Positions 42,589-53,975 of a stretch of 64,000 nt of DNA are shown in pieces. The position numbers and the translations under genes are program-made. Every line of letters begins with the position of its first letter. Position 1 is the stretch's first letter. The stretch is from Escherichia phage EcWhh-1. Below the pieces are notes generated by a model. That model searched no databases and had not been told where the DNA came from. It saw only the letters and a program-made list of their open reading frames with translations. Location of the stretch: sequence record MH791409.1. One strand, 5' to 3'.

Positions 42589-44330
42589 TGATTAACATGT
42601 CTGATAACTTAAGTTGGTTCGTCGGTGTAGTTGAAGACCGAATGGACCCACTCAAACAAGGCCGAGTACGCGTACGCGTATGGGGTATGCATCCGTATGA
42701 AAAAGTACAGGGTCCTGTAAAAGGCCTTCGTACAGAAGATTTACCATGGATGTCGGTATTAATGCCCACATCTTCTGCCTCTGTTTCCGGTATCCAAACC
42801 GCCATGACAGGTATGGTCCCGGGTACACAAGTTTACGGGCACTTTCTTGATAAGTGGAAATTAAACGGTCTTGTCCTTGGTACATACGGTTCGGCTTCAA
42901 AACAAAAGGCCAATCCAAACGAAGGTTTTAGTGACCCTACAGGACAATACCCACTTTATTTAGGTAATGACGCTGCTGCACTAAACCGAGGTGGTGAAGT
43001 TGGATATGACGCCACTTCTAACGTAATACAAGATGCAAACACTGACGTAGGTATTAATCCTGATGGATTAGATTTAAGCCAGGTTAAGCCTGATGATAAT
43101 CCTAATTTCACAATAGAAAACATGCTTCATCGTGATGAGGGTCTTCGTCTTAAGGTATATTGGGACACTGAAGGATATCCTACCATAGGTATAGGTCACC
43201 TTATTACTCCACAACCTATTAGAGATATGAATCAAATAAACAAAATATTATCTAATCAAATAGGTCGTGAAGTTAAAGGAAACCCGGGTGCAATATCAAT
43301 GGACGAGGCTTCTAAATTATTCCAAGAAGACCTTAAAAAAGTCCAGAGTGATATAGGCCGGCACAGTGTTGTGGGTCCAGTTTACAATAAAGAAAACCGT
43401 TCAAGACAAATGGCTCTTGAAAACATGGCTTTCCAAATGGGTTTAGGTGGGCTTGCTAAATTTAAAACGATGCTCTCTGCAATGTTAGCTGGAGATTATA
43501 AGAAAGCATTTGATGCCGCTCGTGATTCTGTATGGTTTAACCAAACTAAAGGTCGCGCCTCAAGGGTGTCAATGATTATCCTTACAGGTAATATGGAATC
43601 ATATGGTATTATGGCACCTAAAGAAAGGAAATTTAAAGGTCGTTCTTATAGAATGATTCAAACCTTTGCGGCCCCTAAAAATTCCGACCCAGCCGACCCA
43701 TGGACTCCGGAAGATACAAGGATTCTTTTTAAAGAGCCTGATTCTAGTTATAAAGGCGAATACCCATATGTCCAAACCATGCAAACTGAAGGTGGGCATA
43801 TCCAAGAATTCGATAACACCCCAGGGCAAGAACGTTACCGATTAATCCACCCTACAGGTAGTTATGAAGAAGTCGCTCCTGACGGACGTAAAACTTCTAA
43901 GACCGTAGCCGACGGGTATTATATGACCCAAGGCGATTCTAATACTTATGTTGGCGGTAATAATAAAGTCAATATAGGTGGTGATGAAACCTATTATAAT
44001 ATGGCAAACGTTCGACGTCAAACTGACGGTTCTGAAAGCATTCATATTCGTGGTAATGAAACCAAAACGGTAGAAGGTGACGGAACCCTTATTGTTAAAG
44101 GAAATGTTACGGTTATTGTTGAAGGCAATGCTGATATAACTGTTAAAGGTGATGCAAAAACCTTAGTCGAAGGCAACCACGATTATACAGTAAATGGAAA
44201 TGTTAAGTGGTCGGTAAACGGAAACGTCGATATGACTGTTGCCGGTAATTGGTCTGAAACTATGTCGACTATGAGTTCTATTGCGTCCGGTCAATATACT
44301 ATTGATGGTTCGAGGATTGACATTGGCTAA
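42588..44330 (+). CDS. 5: Baseplate hub and tail lysozyme gp5
   Basis: 580 aa; NLSWFVGVVEDRMDP...; internal lysozyme domain LRLKVYWDTEGYPTIGIGHLIT; C-terminal beta-helix repeats (VNGNVxxSVNGNVD). Confidence 0.93.
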   Translation: MINMSDNLSWFVGVVEDRMDPLKQGRVRVRVWGMHPYEKVQGPVKGLRTEDLPWMSVLMPTSSASVSGIQTAMTGMVPGTQVYGHFLDKWKLNGLVLGTYGSASKQKANPNEGFSDPTGQYPLYLGNDAAALNRGGEVGYDATSNVIQDANTDVGINPDGLDLSQVKPDDNPNFTIENMLHRDEGLRLKVYWDTEGYPTIGIGHLITPQPIRDMNQINKILSNQIGREVKGNPGAISMDEASKLFQEDLKKVQSDIGRHSVVGPVYNKENRSRQMALENMAFQMGLGGLAKFKTMLSAMLAGDYKKAFDAARDSVWFNQTKGRASRVSMIILTGNMESYGIMAPKERKFKGRSYRMIQTFAAPKNSDPADPWTPEDTRILFKEPDSSYKGEYPYVQTMQTEGGHIQEFDNTPGQERYRLIHPTGSYEEVAPDGRKTSKTVADGYYMTQGDSNTYVGGNNKVNIGGDETYYNMANVRRQTDGSESIHIRGNETKTVEGDGTLIVKGNVTVIVEGNADITVKGDAKTLVEGNHDYTVNGNVKWSVNGNVDMTVAGNWSETMSTMSSIASGQYTIDGSRIDIG

Positions 44331-44364
44331 TATTTTACCTATGAGCACAGATTTAGGAGACTCC

Positions 44365-44862
44365 ATGGAAGGAGCCTCAATCGATGTTACGTTTACCGCT
44401 CAATTAGAAACAAACGAAACATTAGTTGAAATAAATATAACAGAATATGAGCCAACAGAAGGCATTATTGTCGATGGGGCTCGTTTATACGGAACCTATG
44501 AATCGGTATTCGGATTTTCTGAAGATGCGTTAAAATATCGATTAGGTGATGAATTTAAAACAGCAGGTTCGTGGAAAGATTTACCAGAGGACAAGAGCAC
44601 TCAATTATACCTCTGGAAAGCCCCTGGTAATCTTAAGAAGACTTTTTCCTATACCGTCACATTAATCTATGACTTTCAGGAAGAGTCATCAGGAGGTGAT
44701 ACAGGGAGCTCAGGAGGAAGTAATTCTAGAGCCGGTAACGAAACAGACCCTCCTCCAGCACCGGTAAGAAAAACTCTTACTAAGGTTTATACCAAGGTTA
44801 TAGTGGGTAATTGGAGCAAATGGGCTAATCAACTTAGAGAATATGTATATGCGAGGCCATAA
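44365..44862 (+). CDS. Hypothetical protein at gene 5.1 position
   Basis: ORF between gp5 and gp5.4; start chosen at ATG 44365 with SD AGGAGA; start uncertain. Confidence 0.45.
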   Translation: MEGASIDVTFTAQLETNETLVEINITEYEPTEGIIVDGARLYGTYESVFGFSEDALKYRLGDEFKTAGSWKDLPEDKSTQLYLWKAPGNLKKTFSYTVTLIYDFQEESSGGDTGSSGGSNSRAGNETDPPPAPVRKTLTKVYTKVIVGNWSKWANQLREYVYARP

Positions 44863-45155
44863 TGTCGGGCTTAAGTTATAACCAATGCGTAACAGCAGGT
44901 CATGAAGCATGGCCTCCTACAGTAATAAATGCCACCCAGGGTAAAGTATTTACAGGCGGCATTCCTGTATTAGTCGATGGGGACCCAATAACTCCTCATA
45001 CAGAAATTAAAAAACCATATGAAACCCACGGTGGGGTAACCCAACCTAGAACATCAAAGGTATATGTTACAGGCAAAAAGGCTGTCCAAATGGCAGACCC
45101 TATTTCGTGCGGAGATACAGTCGCACAAGCCTCATCTAAAGTATTCATAAAATAG
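44862..45155 (+). CDS. 5.4: Baseplate spike-tip PAAR-repeat protein gp5.4
   Basis: 97 aa in conserved position after gene 5; TAATG overlap. Confidence 0.8.
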   Translation: MSGLSYNQCVTAGHEAWPPTVINATQGKVFTGGIPVLVDGDPITPHTEIKKPYETHGGVTQPRTSKVYVTGKKAVQMADPISCGDTVAQASSKVFIK

Positions 45156-45163
45156 GAATTAAA

Positions 45164-47122
45164 ATGGCTACTCCTACGAATTACCAATTAACAAGAACCG
45201 TTAACGCTATCCCAAAAGTATTTGTGGGAGCTACGTTTGAAGAAATTAAAAAGAATATTATCGATTGGCTTTCCAGCCAGGAAGAATTTAAGGATTATGA
45301 TTTCGTTGGTTCTCGAATGAACATCCTTATTGATATGCTTGCTTATAATACTCTTTATATACAGCAATTTGCTAACACAGCTTTATACGAGTCTTTTATA
45401 GGAACGGCCAACCTCCGTTCTTCGGTTGTCCAGGCTGCACAAGATAACGGATATCTTCCTAGTTCTAAATCAGCGGCAAAAACAAGTATTATGTTGACCT
45501 GTACTCAAGCCCTTAATGAAAAGAATATTCGTATTCCACGTGGTACTAAATTCTTGGCCTATGCTCGTGATACTTCGGCAGACCCGTATGCTTTTGTTAC
45601 AACGGAAAACGTTATTGCCGTACGTGATGTTAATAACCAATATCTCCCTATTGTATCTTTAGCACAAGGTCGTATTATTCGTACCGAACTTAAGTATGAC
45701 CCTAAAACCCCTATTCTTATTCGTGACCCGGATATTGATAGACAAGAAGTTAAACTTTATGTCGATGGTGCAGAATGGACTAACTGGACTAATAAATCCA
45801 TGGTTCATGCTGGTAGTACATCAACCATTTACTATATGCGTGAAACCGTAGATGGTAATACTGAATTCTTCTTTGGTGAAGGCGTTGCCGAAAAATCAGT
45901 TGCGGGCGGTGTATTAGAAGCTAACTATATTGGTGGTTTAAAACCTGTTAAAGATGCTACCATTGTTATAGAATATCTTCGTACCGATGGTGAAGTTGCT
46001 AACGGAGCCGTGGACTTTAGTTATGCGGATTCTTTGGCATATATTACGGTTGAAAAAATTACAGAAAACTATGATGGGAATCCGGATTATGTAGGTGCTG
46101 ATGGTGGCGGTGACCCTGAAGATATCGAACGTATTCGTGAACTGGCTGTAGTTAAACGCGAAGCCCAGATGCGTGCCGTAACTGGTACAGATTATGATAC
46201 ATTCGTTTCAGAACGATTTGGTTCTATTGTACAAGCAGTACAAACATTTACAGACCCAAATAAACCAGGTTACGCCTTTGTTACTATTAAACCTAAATCA
46301 GGATTGTATTTGACAGCGGTTCAACGTGAAGATATCCAAAATTATCTTTCAGAATTTAACTTGGCGCCTATTACTCCTTCGGTTATTTCTCCGGACTACT
46401 TGTTCTTAAAGCATAAAATTAAGGTTTCATATGCACTGAACAAATTACAGGAATCCGAACAATGGCTAACGGCTCAAATCCTTTCCCAAATAGACCGTTA
46501 TTATATTAACGAAGTTGAAATATTCAACCATGGATTTGCCAAGTCTAAAATGCTGACTTATATTGATAACGCAGACCACAGTATCCTTGGCTCTTCGGCC
46601 ACGGTAACAATGGTTCGCGAGGTATTAAACTTCTTCAAAACACCTGAAGCGGGTATTAAATACTATAATCAATACACCAACCGTTCTGTAACTTCTAGTG
46701 AATTTGAGTTCGTCCCAACAAACGTATCAGATGATATTAAATCTTATAACGTACGTATTGTTGCTACAGATAAAGACGAACGAGGCGATGGTAAAATGGT
46801 TATAGGTCCTTTCCGTCCAGGTGATGTAATTGAAAACCAATACATCCAACCTTATACCGGAGATGACTTCGATAAAATGGCAGCTCCTGCAGACCAATCG
46901 GTCTACTATGTTATTGGCGAAATTGATTATTACTCAGACTTTATTTTCTGGGATATCGCCGCAATAGGCCTTACTTCCGACCGTTTTGAAGTCCAGTCTA
47001 TTGAACTTTATGCAGGACCAGACCAAGACAACATCTTTACCAAAGACGGCTCTTTAATCGTATTTGAAGATGACCTTCGTCCTCAGTACACAACTATAGA
47101 GTTGGAACCAATTACAATATAA
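45164..47122 (+). CDS. 6: Baseplate wedge protein gp6
   Basis: 652 aa; YQLTRTVNAIPKVFVGATFEEIKKNIIDWL...LAYNTLYIQQFANTALYESF matches T4 gp6. Confidence 0.92.
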   Translation: MATPTNYQLTRTVNAIPKVFVGATFEEIKKNIIDWLSSQEEFKDYDFVGSRMNILIDMLAYNTLYIQQFANTALYESFIGTANLRSSVVQAAQDNGYLPSSKSAAKTSIMLTCTQALNEKNIRIPRGTKFLAYARDTSADPYAFVTTENVIAVRDVNNQYLPIVSLAQGRIIRTELKYDPKTPILIRDPDIDRQEVKLYVDGAEWTNWTNKSMVHAGSTSTIYYMRETVDGNTEFFFGEGVAEKSVAGGVLEANYIGGLKPVKDATIVIEYLRTDGEVANGAVDFSYADSLAYITVEKITENYDGNPDYVGADGGGDPEDIERIRELAVVKREAQMRAVTGTDYDTFVSERFGSIVQAVQTFTDPNKPGYAFVTIKPKSGLYLTAVQREDIQNYLSEFNLAPITPSVISPDYLFLKHKIKVSYALNKLQESEQWLTAQILSQIDRYYINEVEIFNHGFAKSKMLTYIDNADHSILGSSATVTMVREVLNFFKTPEAGIKYYNQYTNRSVTSSEFEFVPTNVSDDIKSYNVRIVATDKDERGDGKMVIGPFRPGDVIENQYIQPYTGDDFDKMAAPADQSVYYVIGEIDYYSDFIFWDIAAIGLTSDRFEVQSIELYAGPDQDNIFTKDGSLIVFEDDLRPQYTTIELEPITI

Positions 47123-47149
47123 GCCTCTTCGGAGGTTTAAGGAGATTTA

Positions 47150-50100
47150 ATGTCTGTACAAGCGCCTTATGTTACTAGTCTGAGAATTGATAAGCTCTCG
47201 GCTAACCATGTGAGCATTCTTTGGGATGACGTAGGCGCCAACTTCTATTATTTCGTAGAACTGGCCCAAACGAAGGATGCGGGTGTAGAAATTCCCGACG
47301 ATAGATTATTTTGGAGAAATTTAGGTTACACCCCTAATAACGAATGGTTTGAAGAGGCATTCATTTCTCCTAATTCATTTTATAAAATGCGAGTTGCGGT
47401 CGCTGCTCAGGGGTTTGAGCAGTCTGAGTGGGTTTACACTGAAGAATTTGAAACTTTCTCTACCAACGCATATACATTTGAGCATATGCGTGAATTCACA
47501 TTGTCTAATAAATTTATTGAAGAAAAATTCACAAAAAATAATCAGAATTATGTGAACTTTAATACTGATGCCATTATGGCTTCCTTAATGACGGAAGATT
47601 TTAACTTTACGCCGGCGTATTCACATTTGTCATCTATATCAAATTATGTTTTAAAAGCCGACCGATTCCATGAAATCCAAGGAAGCATTCAAGCAGTTTG
47701 TAAAGACCCTAGACGTTCTATTTTAATGGAACTTGGTGGAGTTCTGTATCTTTTAGAAAGATTCCAAAGCACAGCTAAAGTTTCTAATGATAAAGGACAA
47801 AACTGGCACTATATTAGATTGTTTAACGATAGAGTGGGTAATCCGGTATCTAGAACGGCTCATTACCAAACAGAAACTACTACATATGTACTAGGTTATG
47901 ACCAAATATTTTACGGGCGTAAATCAAGTGATATTAGATGGTCTGCTGATGACGTTCGCTTTAGTTCTCAGGATGTAACATTTGCTAAAATCGGTAGTGA
48001 TATCGACCTTCCGTTTGAAATAGAAATATTTGGGTCATACGCAAAACTCCCATTGCCTATTTCCACTATTGCCGAAGCTATGTGTGCTTCTGACGATTTC
48101 ATTTATGTTGCGGGTAGAGACAGAGTTTATAAAGCAAAAACATCCGAGGCCCCTATAGACACTGACCCTAGCTCACCAACTTACGGCGAGAAGATATTTG
48201 AAAGCGGATATTCAACTATCACAGGGAACCCTAAAGCTGTTTGCTATAAATTAGATTCTATCCAAGGGCATACGTTTGCTTTAATTACAGGCGAAGTTAA
48301 AGAAGAAAAAATGGACCCTACAGTAGAGGCTAACGTAATTGATTCTGAATCTAAAGGTGTCTATTGGTTGGATGTAGAAACAGATACTTGGACTCGTGTA
48401 TTCGGAAATACTGAAGAAGAACGTCGTCGTATAGAGCATGGATATACTAGCATGTCTACAGATGGTGAAGAATTATTTTTCAGTTCAAGCAACTTTAGAT
48501 ACGAAGTAGAGGTTGATTCTGAACTTCCTTGGAAATATCCTGAAATTGTTACTTCGGCCGTTAAATACGTTAAAGACGAACAGTGGATTCATAATAAGCA
48601 TTATTTGATGATGAGCTTTAGGTCCAACTCTAAATCAGATTTTAAAGAATTTAAACCAGGCCGTATGGCTTATTATGCTGAACCATTCTTCAGTTGGTCA
48701 CGTCGTGATGGAACCCGTTCTTGGATTACTACAGGTGACCATGCGATGGTTGTTTATAACGATGCTTTGTATCAGAAAGTAATCGACCTTAATAGTGGTT
48801 CATCACCAGAACGTATTGTTCATGAGATTTGGAATAAAGGATTTTGCAAAGTTACGTCCCCTAATATCGAATTTAATGGCTTTAAAAAATATTCCTCCGG
48901 TATGATGATTCACAAATCTACGGGTGAATTAGTTGGTTATTTTGAATTCGACTATCGTGTGCGTGATGAAGTTCGTGTTATTTGGAAGCCTAAAGAAATT
49001 ATGTTTACGGCAGAGCTCCAAAACCAAGAGCATGAAATTCCATGGGCCCCTAAAGAAGAGACTGGCGAACAAGACCCTGATTTGAAACCGTTATTGGTCA
49101 AAATGGTTCCGGATAGTTATTTACTCCAAGATTCCAATTTTGAAAAATTCTGCGAATATTATCTACAGTTTATTAGTGATGGTTCTGGTACTCATTATAA
49201 TAATTTGTTAAACCTTATTCGTAATCAGTATCCTCGTGAAGAAGACTCATGGGAATACCTATGGTCTGAAATTTATAAACGTAATATCTATTTGTCAAAA
49301 GAAAAACGCGACGAAGTTGTTAGATTTTTCCAAGCTCGTCAGTCTGATTTTTGGTCAACTAAAGGTACTGAAGCTTCATATAAATTCCTGTTTAAATTGC
49401 TTTATAATGAAGATGTCGAAATTGATATCGAGTCCAAGAACTCTATCGAATATGATATCATCGTAGAATCCGACAATATCAGTGAAGATATCGTAGGCCA
49501 AACGATTTATACTCCTACAGGAAGAAGTAATGTTACTTATATAGAACGAAATTACAAAGATGGTAAATTGCAATGGCGTTTAACCATTCATAATCTTTTA
49601 GGTCGTTTTATAGTAGGTCAGGAAATCAAATCTGAACGTACTTCATTTAAGGGTATGATTGTTCAAGGTGTTCGCGGCAAAGAGCTTTTGAGTAACAATA
49701 TCGATTATATCAACCGTAACCGTTCTTACTATGTGATGACTATTAAGTCTAATCTCCCAACCTCTCGTTATCGCAACGACGTTTTGAGATTTGTTCACCC
49801 GGTGGGTTTCGGCTTTATAGGTATAACTTTGCTTTCTATGTTTGTTAACGTTGGTTTAACACTAAAACATACAGAAACCATTATTAATATCCTTAAGAAC
49901 TATAAATGGGACTCAGGTTTGCCATCTGAATGGTATGATAGAGTTGCTGTAATAGGTTTTGATGGTAATATAGAACGAGACCCTCGTACAGGTGCTCCGA
50001 TGTACAACGTTGGACCTAAAGCAGGTGAACCGTTTGATATTCCTGCCGATTATGATGCAGAAAATGATTTCTCTGTATTCCAAGGTCAATTACCACACGA

Positions 50101-50245
50101 ACGTATTAAAAAGCATAGTCCATTGTTTGACCAAAGTGCTGTGACTTTTGCCAATTGGCGTGCACTGGTTGATAAGCGTCTTAAAGACGATATTGGAAAT
50201 CCTAGAGACCCTAAAGTTCCAACTCAGGTAAAAATTAATGATTAA
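47150..50245 (+). CDS. 7: Baseplate wedge protein gp7
   Basis: 1031 aa; SD AAGGAG; size and position of T4 gp7. Confidence 0.92.
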   Translation: MSVQAPYVTSLRIDKLSANHVSILWDDVGANFYYFVELAQTKDAGVEIPDDRLFWRNLGYTPNNEWFEEAFISPNSFYKMRVAVAAQGFEQSEWVYTEEFETFSTNAYTFEHMREFTLSNKFIEEKFTKNNQNYVNFNTDAIMASLMTEDFNFTPAYSHLSSISNYVLKADRFHEIQGSIQAVCKDPRRSILMELGGVLYLLERFQSTAKVSNDKGQNWHYIRLFNDRVGNPVSRTAHYQTETTTYVLGYDQIFYGRKSSDIRWSADDVRFSSQDVTFAKIGSDIDLPFEIEIFGSYAKLPLPISTIAEAMCASDDFIYVAGRDRVYKAKTSEAPIDTDPSSPTYGEKIFESGYSTITGNPKAVCYKLDSIQGHTFALITGEVKEEKMDPTVEANVIDSESKGVYWLDVETDTWTRVFGNTEEERRRIEHGYTSMSTDGEELFFSSSNFRYEVEVDSELPWKYPEIVTSAVKYVKDEQWIHNKHYLMMSFRSNSKSDFKEFKPGRMAYYAEPFFSWSRRDGTRSWITTGDHAMVVYNDALYQKVIDLNSGSSPERIVHEIWNKGFCKVTSPNIEFNGFKKYSSGMMIHKSTGELVGYFEFDYRVRDEVRVIWKPKEIMFTAELQNQEHEIPWAPKEETGEQDPDLKPLLVKMVPDSYLLQDSNFEKFCEYYLQFISDGSGTHYNNLLNLIRNQYPREEDSWEYLWSEIYKRNIYLSKEKRDEVVRFFQARQSDFWSTKGTEASYKFLFKLLYNEDVEIDIESKNSIEYDIIVESDNISEDIVGQTIYTPTGRSNVTYIERNYKDGKLQWRLTIHNLLGRFIVGQEIKSERTSFKGMIVQGVRGKELLSNNIDYINRNRSYYVMTIKSNLPTSRYRNDVLRFVHPVGFGFIGITLLSMFVNVGLTLKHTETIINILKNYKWDSGLPSEWYDRVAVIGFDGNIERDPRTGAPMYNVGPKAGEPFDIPADYDAENDFSVFQGQLPHERIKKHSPLFDQSAVTFANWRALVDKRLKDDIGNPRDPKVPTQVKIND

Positions 50246-51242
50246 TTCTACAGTAGTTTATCGTTCTATTGTTACTTCAAAATTTAGAACGGAAAAAATG
50301 TACAACTTTTACAGAACAATAGGTGATGGCGAAGACCAGAACACTATGTATGTATCTTTCGGAAGGGCCCGACCATGGGCCGATAACGAAAATGACCCTG
50401 GTTTTGCACCACCCTATCCTGTAGATGATTCTGAAGGCGTAGAAGACGTCTGGACCAACATGATGGGTTGTGTTAAGGTTTATAAGAGTATGCTGGATTG
50501 TGTTGTCCCACGCAAAGACTGGGGTGACACAACTTATCCTAACCCATTTACTTTCCAGATAGGTGAAATTGTGGTAGCGAATAGCCAGCCACAAAACCGT
50601 ACTGATGTAGGTGCTGGATGGATGGTTTATCGTTGTGTAGATATTCCTGAATCAGGTACATGTTCTATTTTGTCCCTTGATAATAAAACCGAGTGTATTA
50701 AACTTGGTGGCAAATGGACTTCAAACGTGCAATCAGTTAAAGCCCCGGCAGGACAAGGTGATACGGAAGGTATGGTGGATACTGGTGACGGATATCTCTG
50801 GGAATATTTGTATGAGATTCCACCTGATGTAAGTATTAACCGATGCACTAATGAATATATTGTAGTTCCATGGCCAGAAGAAATTGCTGAGGACCCGGAA
50901 CGTTGGGGATACGAGAATAACCTCACTTGGCAACAAGACGATTATGGATTAATTTACCGTATTAAAGCCAATACTATTCGCTTTAAAGCATTCTTAGATT
51001 CGGTTTATTTCCCTGAATTTAGTTTGCCAGGCAACAAAGGTTTTAGACAGCTTTCTATAATTTCCAATCCATTGGAAGCTAAAGCTCACCCATCCGATCC
51101 GATCATTAAAGCCGAAAAAGAGTACTATGATGTTATAGACCTCTCCCGCCACTCCGGTGAAATGATTTATATGGAAAACCGTCCTCCGGTTATTCGTTCC
51201 ATGGACCAAACAGAAGAAATTAACATTGTCTTCGAATTCTAA
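50238..51242 (+). CDS. 8: Baseplate wedge protein gp8
   Basis: 334 aa; VYRSIVTSKFRTEKMYNFY...INRCTNEYIVVPWPEE...NTIRFKAFLDSVYFPEF matches T4 gp8. Confidence 0.92.
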   Translation: MINSTVVYRSIVTSKFRTEKMYNFYRTIGDGEDQNTMYVSFGRARPWADNENDPGFAPPYPVDDSEGVEDVWTNMMGCVKVYKSMLDCVVPRKDWGDTTYPNPFTFQIGEIVVANSQPQNRTDVGAGWMVYRCVDIPESGTCSILSLDNKTECIKLGGKWTSNVQSVKAPAGQGDTEGMVDTGDGYLWEYLYEIPPDVSINRCTNEYIVVPWPEEIAEDPERWGYENNLTWQQDDYGLIYRIKANTIRFKAFLDSVYFPEFSLPGNKGFRQLSIISNPLEAKAHPSDPIIKAEKEYYDVIDLSRHSGEMIYMENRPPVIRSMDQTEEINIVFEF

Positions 51243-51245
51243 TAA

Positions 51246-51269
51246 GGGCCGCAAGGCCCTTTCGGGTTT
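51246..51269 (+). terminator. Terminator-like hairpin GGGCC-GCAA-GGCCC + TTTCGGGTTT
   Basis: immediately after gp8 stop. Confidence 0.5.
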
Positions 51270-51303
51270 AATAAATACAGTATATCAATAATGAGGCATA
51301 CCT

Positions 51304-52164
51304 ATGATTAAGCAAACTGGTAAAGAACTAATTGACGTCGGTGAAATTGGTAATGCCAGCACCGGCGACATTCTTTATGACGGCGGTGTTAAACTGAACA
51401 CTGACTTAAACAACATCTATAATACTTTCGGCGACCAACGTAAAACTGCTTTAACCGGCGAATTGACCGGCCAGAAATTACACGCTACAGGTTATTATCA
51501 AAAATTTGGTGATATGGACCAAGCAAGCTCGGTTGATTTAGGCTCTTTGGTGGATATTGATGCTTCTAGCGGTTCTATCGTATTAACCACTGTAAAGGGT
51601 GCAGTTGGTGAAGGAATTGAGATTATCAACTCTAACGGAAGTATTTCACCTACCAACTATCTTGAAATCCGTATATTAGATACTTTTGCAAGCCATTCAA
51701 CTTCGACTTTGCGTATTGTAACACCTTATACACGAGTTCTTTTATGGTGTGTATCAGATACAAATGGTGTTGCGGTATGGGATTATTCAATTGAAAGTAT
51801 GTTTGGTGATAAACGTGTTCCATTAAATAAGACATATAATATATCTTCTGTTGCTCGTGATATCCCGGTGGTTTATTCAGGTCAGTATTCATTGGTCAAA
51901 CTTTTAGTTACGGCGGTGAATGCCAACGAAACCATTTACAAAGCTTCAGAATATCTTGTGTTTATCGATAACCAAGCTAAAAAGATTTATTCCACTGAAT
52001 ACGCAGTTATTAAACGTGGACAAACTTCAGATGATGACGAAATTTATTCTCTAGATTTTAAATTCGATACATCAAACTATATTATCGCGACCGCTTCTTC
52101 TGTCAATCCTATGAGGCTTGCAATTAAGGTCGTAGAAACCCAAACTATTGGAGTTCCAGTATAA
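51304..52164 (+). CDS. 9: Baseplate wedge tail-fibre connector gp9
   Basis: 286 aa; LIDVGEIGNASTGDILYDGGVKLN...HATGYYQKF matches T4 gp9. Confidence 0.9.
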   Translation: MIKQTGKELIDVGEIGNASTGDILYDGGVKLNTDLNNIYNTFGDQRKTALTGELTGQKLHATGYYQKFGDMDQASSVDLGSLVDIDASSGSIVLTTVKGAVGEGIEIINSNGSISPTNYLEIRILDTFASHSTSTLRIVTPYTRVLLWCVSDTNGVAVWDYSIESMFGDKRVPLNKTYNISSVARDIPVVYSGQYSLVKLLVTAVNANETIYKASEYLVFIDNQAKKIYSTEYAVIKRGQTSDDDEIYSLDFKFDTSNYIIATASSVNPMRLAIKVVETQTIGVPV

Positions 52165-53975
52165 TGAAACAAGACTTAAAAGTAGGTTCCGCTGTTGATG
52201 ACGGGTCCGGTGATTACCTGCGCGCAGGTGGTCTTAAAATTAATAACAACTTCAATGAGCTTTATTACCAATTAGGCGACGGCAGTAACCCACATGCCGC
52301 AGGCGCTTGGAAACAACATTCTACTGAAGACGGTGCTTTGTTGAATGCCGTAATGGGCCATAGCTATACCCTTAATACCCAGGGTGGGCGTATTAACGTC
52401 CAGCTTCCTAAAGGCTCTCCTGAAGAATATAACTTTGTTATCCGTGTACGTGACGTGTATTCTTCATGGCAAGCTAACCCAGTAACCTTAATCCCTGCCA
52501 CAGGTGATACCATTAAGGGTTCAGCTACTCAAGTTGAAATTGCTCGCAACTTCTCTGACCTTGAATTGGTTTATTGTGCGCCTGGTCGTTGGGAATATGT
52601 TGAAAATAAGCAAGTAAACCGTATTCCAAATAACGACCTTGCTACCGTAGCAACTAAGCAGTTTATTGCTACTGAAGGTCAAACAGATTTTCTAGATGTT
52701 TTCCCTGGCCTTTCTTACAACGTAGCAAGTTTAAGCGTTTCGCAACGTGGTAACAATTTGTTCTACGGTGTTGATGATATTTTTGATGCTGCTACCGCAG
52801 AGTTTGGTTCTCCGGGTGCTCAACCAGGTGAATTGGTTGCCTTGAATGGTAAGGACATCCGTTTAAAATATCCATGCGAAGCAGGTGATACCGTTATTAT
52901 CAAATCGTATAATGACGGACTTGCACAATGGCGCAGTTCTTATAACCGCCGTGATATAACAATCAAAAGTTCAGAATTGACTAAAGACGTTTCTGTTCCT
53001 GGTTCTTCTTTCGTAGGTGATTTGAGTACTTCACATGTTATATCAGCGGCTGATTTGAATATTTCCGTTAACAGTCCTATCAACCCAAATGCTTGCCAAG
53101 TCATGCTTAATAGCACATTACTTCATCAAGCTGGTACTGCTGGCCTTCCTTCGTTTTATTGTGAAGGTGCCGACGGACGTACTGCTACCGAGTGTTTTAA
53201 TGCAGGCGGGCAATGGACTCAATCTAAATCAGACTATATTTTTAATTTGACCCCTGAAGATAAGATTGAATCCATCGAATTTGGACGTGACTTTGAACAT
53301 GGTGATATTCTTACGGTAATTTGGTACAATAACGATATCGGCACTACCATGGAAATTGATGAGATTTTGGATTATACCAATAACATCTATATTTCTAAAG
53401 GCCCTTCTATTGATATATCAGGCCAGGTTCGTATCACTGATGTAGATAATCCTTTTGCACCTAACGTTGAACCTGTCGCCCCATCTAATATTACAATAGA
53501 TACGGCATCGACATTTTTTGATTTAATTTACCCTATAGGAACCATCTATGAGAACACGGTGAATCCTAATAACCCTAAAACTTATATGGGCTTTGGTTCA
53601 TGGAAGCGTTTATCTGATGTGTTCTTGGTAGGTTGGTCTCCTGACGCTAGTTCTTTGTTTAATGCAAATAATAACGACCTGGATTCAGCGGGTGTTCCAC
53701 AATCAACTGCAGGCGGGACTGGTGGTGCTCATGTGGCTAATTTGAAATATGAGAATATCCCAGAACTTAATACAGATGATAAAGTCCTTATTGCAGATAA
53801 TGATGGCCCTATTTTTGTAGGTGGATGTTTAGTTGACCCTGATTCACAAGGACCGGCTTATACAAAATATCGTGAAGATAAAGCCAGTATTAATAAGGCT
53901 CAAGGGACCACTCCTATCCCGGTTAATACTCTACCACCATACTTAACTGTTCATCGCTGGATGAGGATTGCATAA
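52164..53975 (+). CDS. 10: Baseplate wedge/pin protein gp10
   Basis: 603 aa; TAATG overlap with gp9; conserved order. Confidence 0.9.
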   Translation: MKQDLKVGSAVDDGSGDYLRAGGLKINNNFNELYYQLGDGSNPHAAGAWKQHSTEDGALLNAVMGHSYTLNTQGGRINVQLPKGSPEEYNFVIRVRDVYSSWQANPVTLIPATGDTIKGSATQVEIARNFSDLELVYCAPGRWEYVENKQVNRIPNNDLATVATKQFIATEGQTDFLDVFPGLSYNVASLSVSQRGNNLFYGVDDIFDAATAEFGSPGAQPGELVALNGKDIRLKYPCEAGDTVIIKSYNDGLAQWRSSYNRRDITIKSSELTKDVSVPGSSFVGDLSTSHVISAADLNISVNSPINPNACQVMLNSTLLHQAGTAGLPSFYCEGADGRTATECFNAGGQWTQSKSDYIFNLTPEDKIESIEFGRDFEHGDILTVIWYNNDIGTTMEIDEILDYTNNIYISKGPSIDISGQVRITDVDNPFAPNVEPVAPSNITIDTASTFFDLIYPIGTIYENTVNPNNPKTYMGFGSWKRLSDVFLVGWSPDASSLFNANNNDLDSAGVPQSTAGGTGGAHVANLKYENIPELNTDDKVLIADNDGPIFVGGCLVDPDSQGPAYTKYREDKASINKAQGTTPIPVNTLPPYLTVHRWMRIA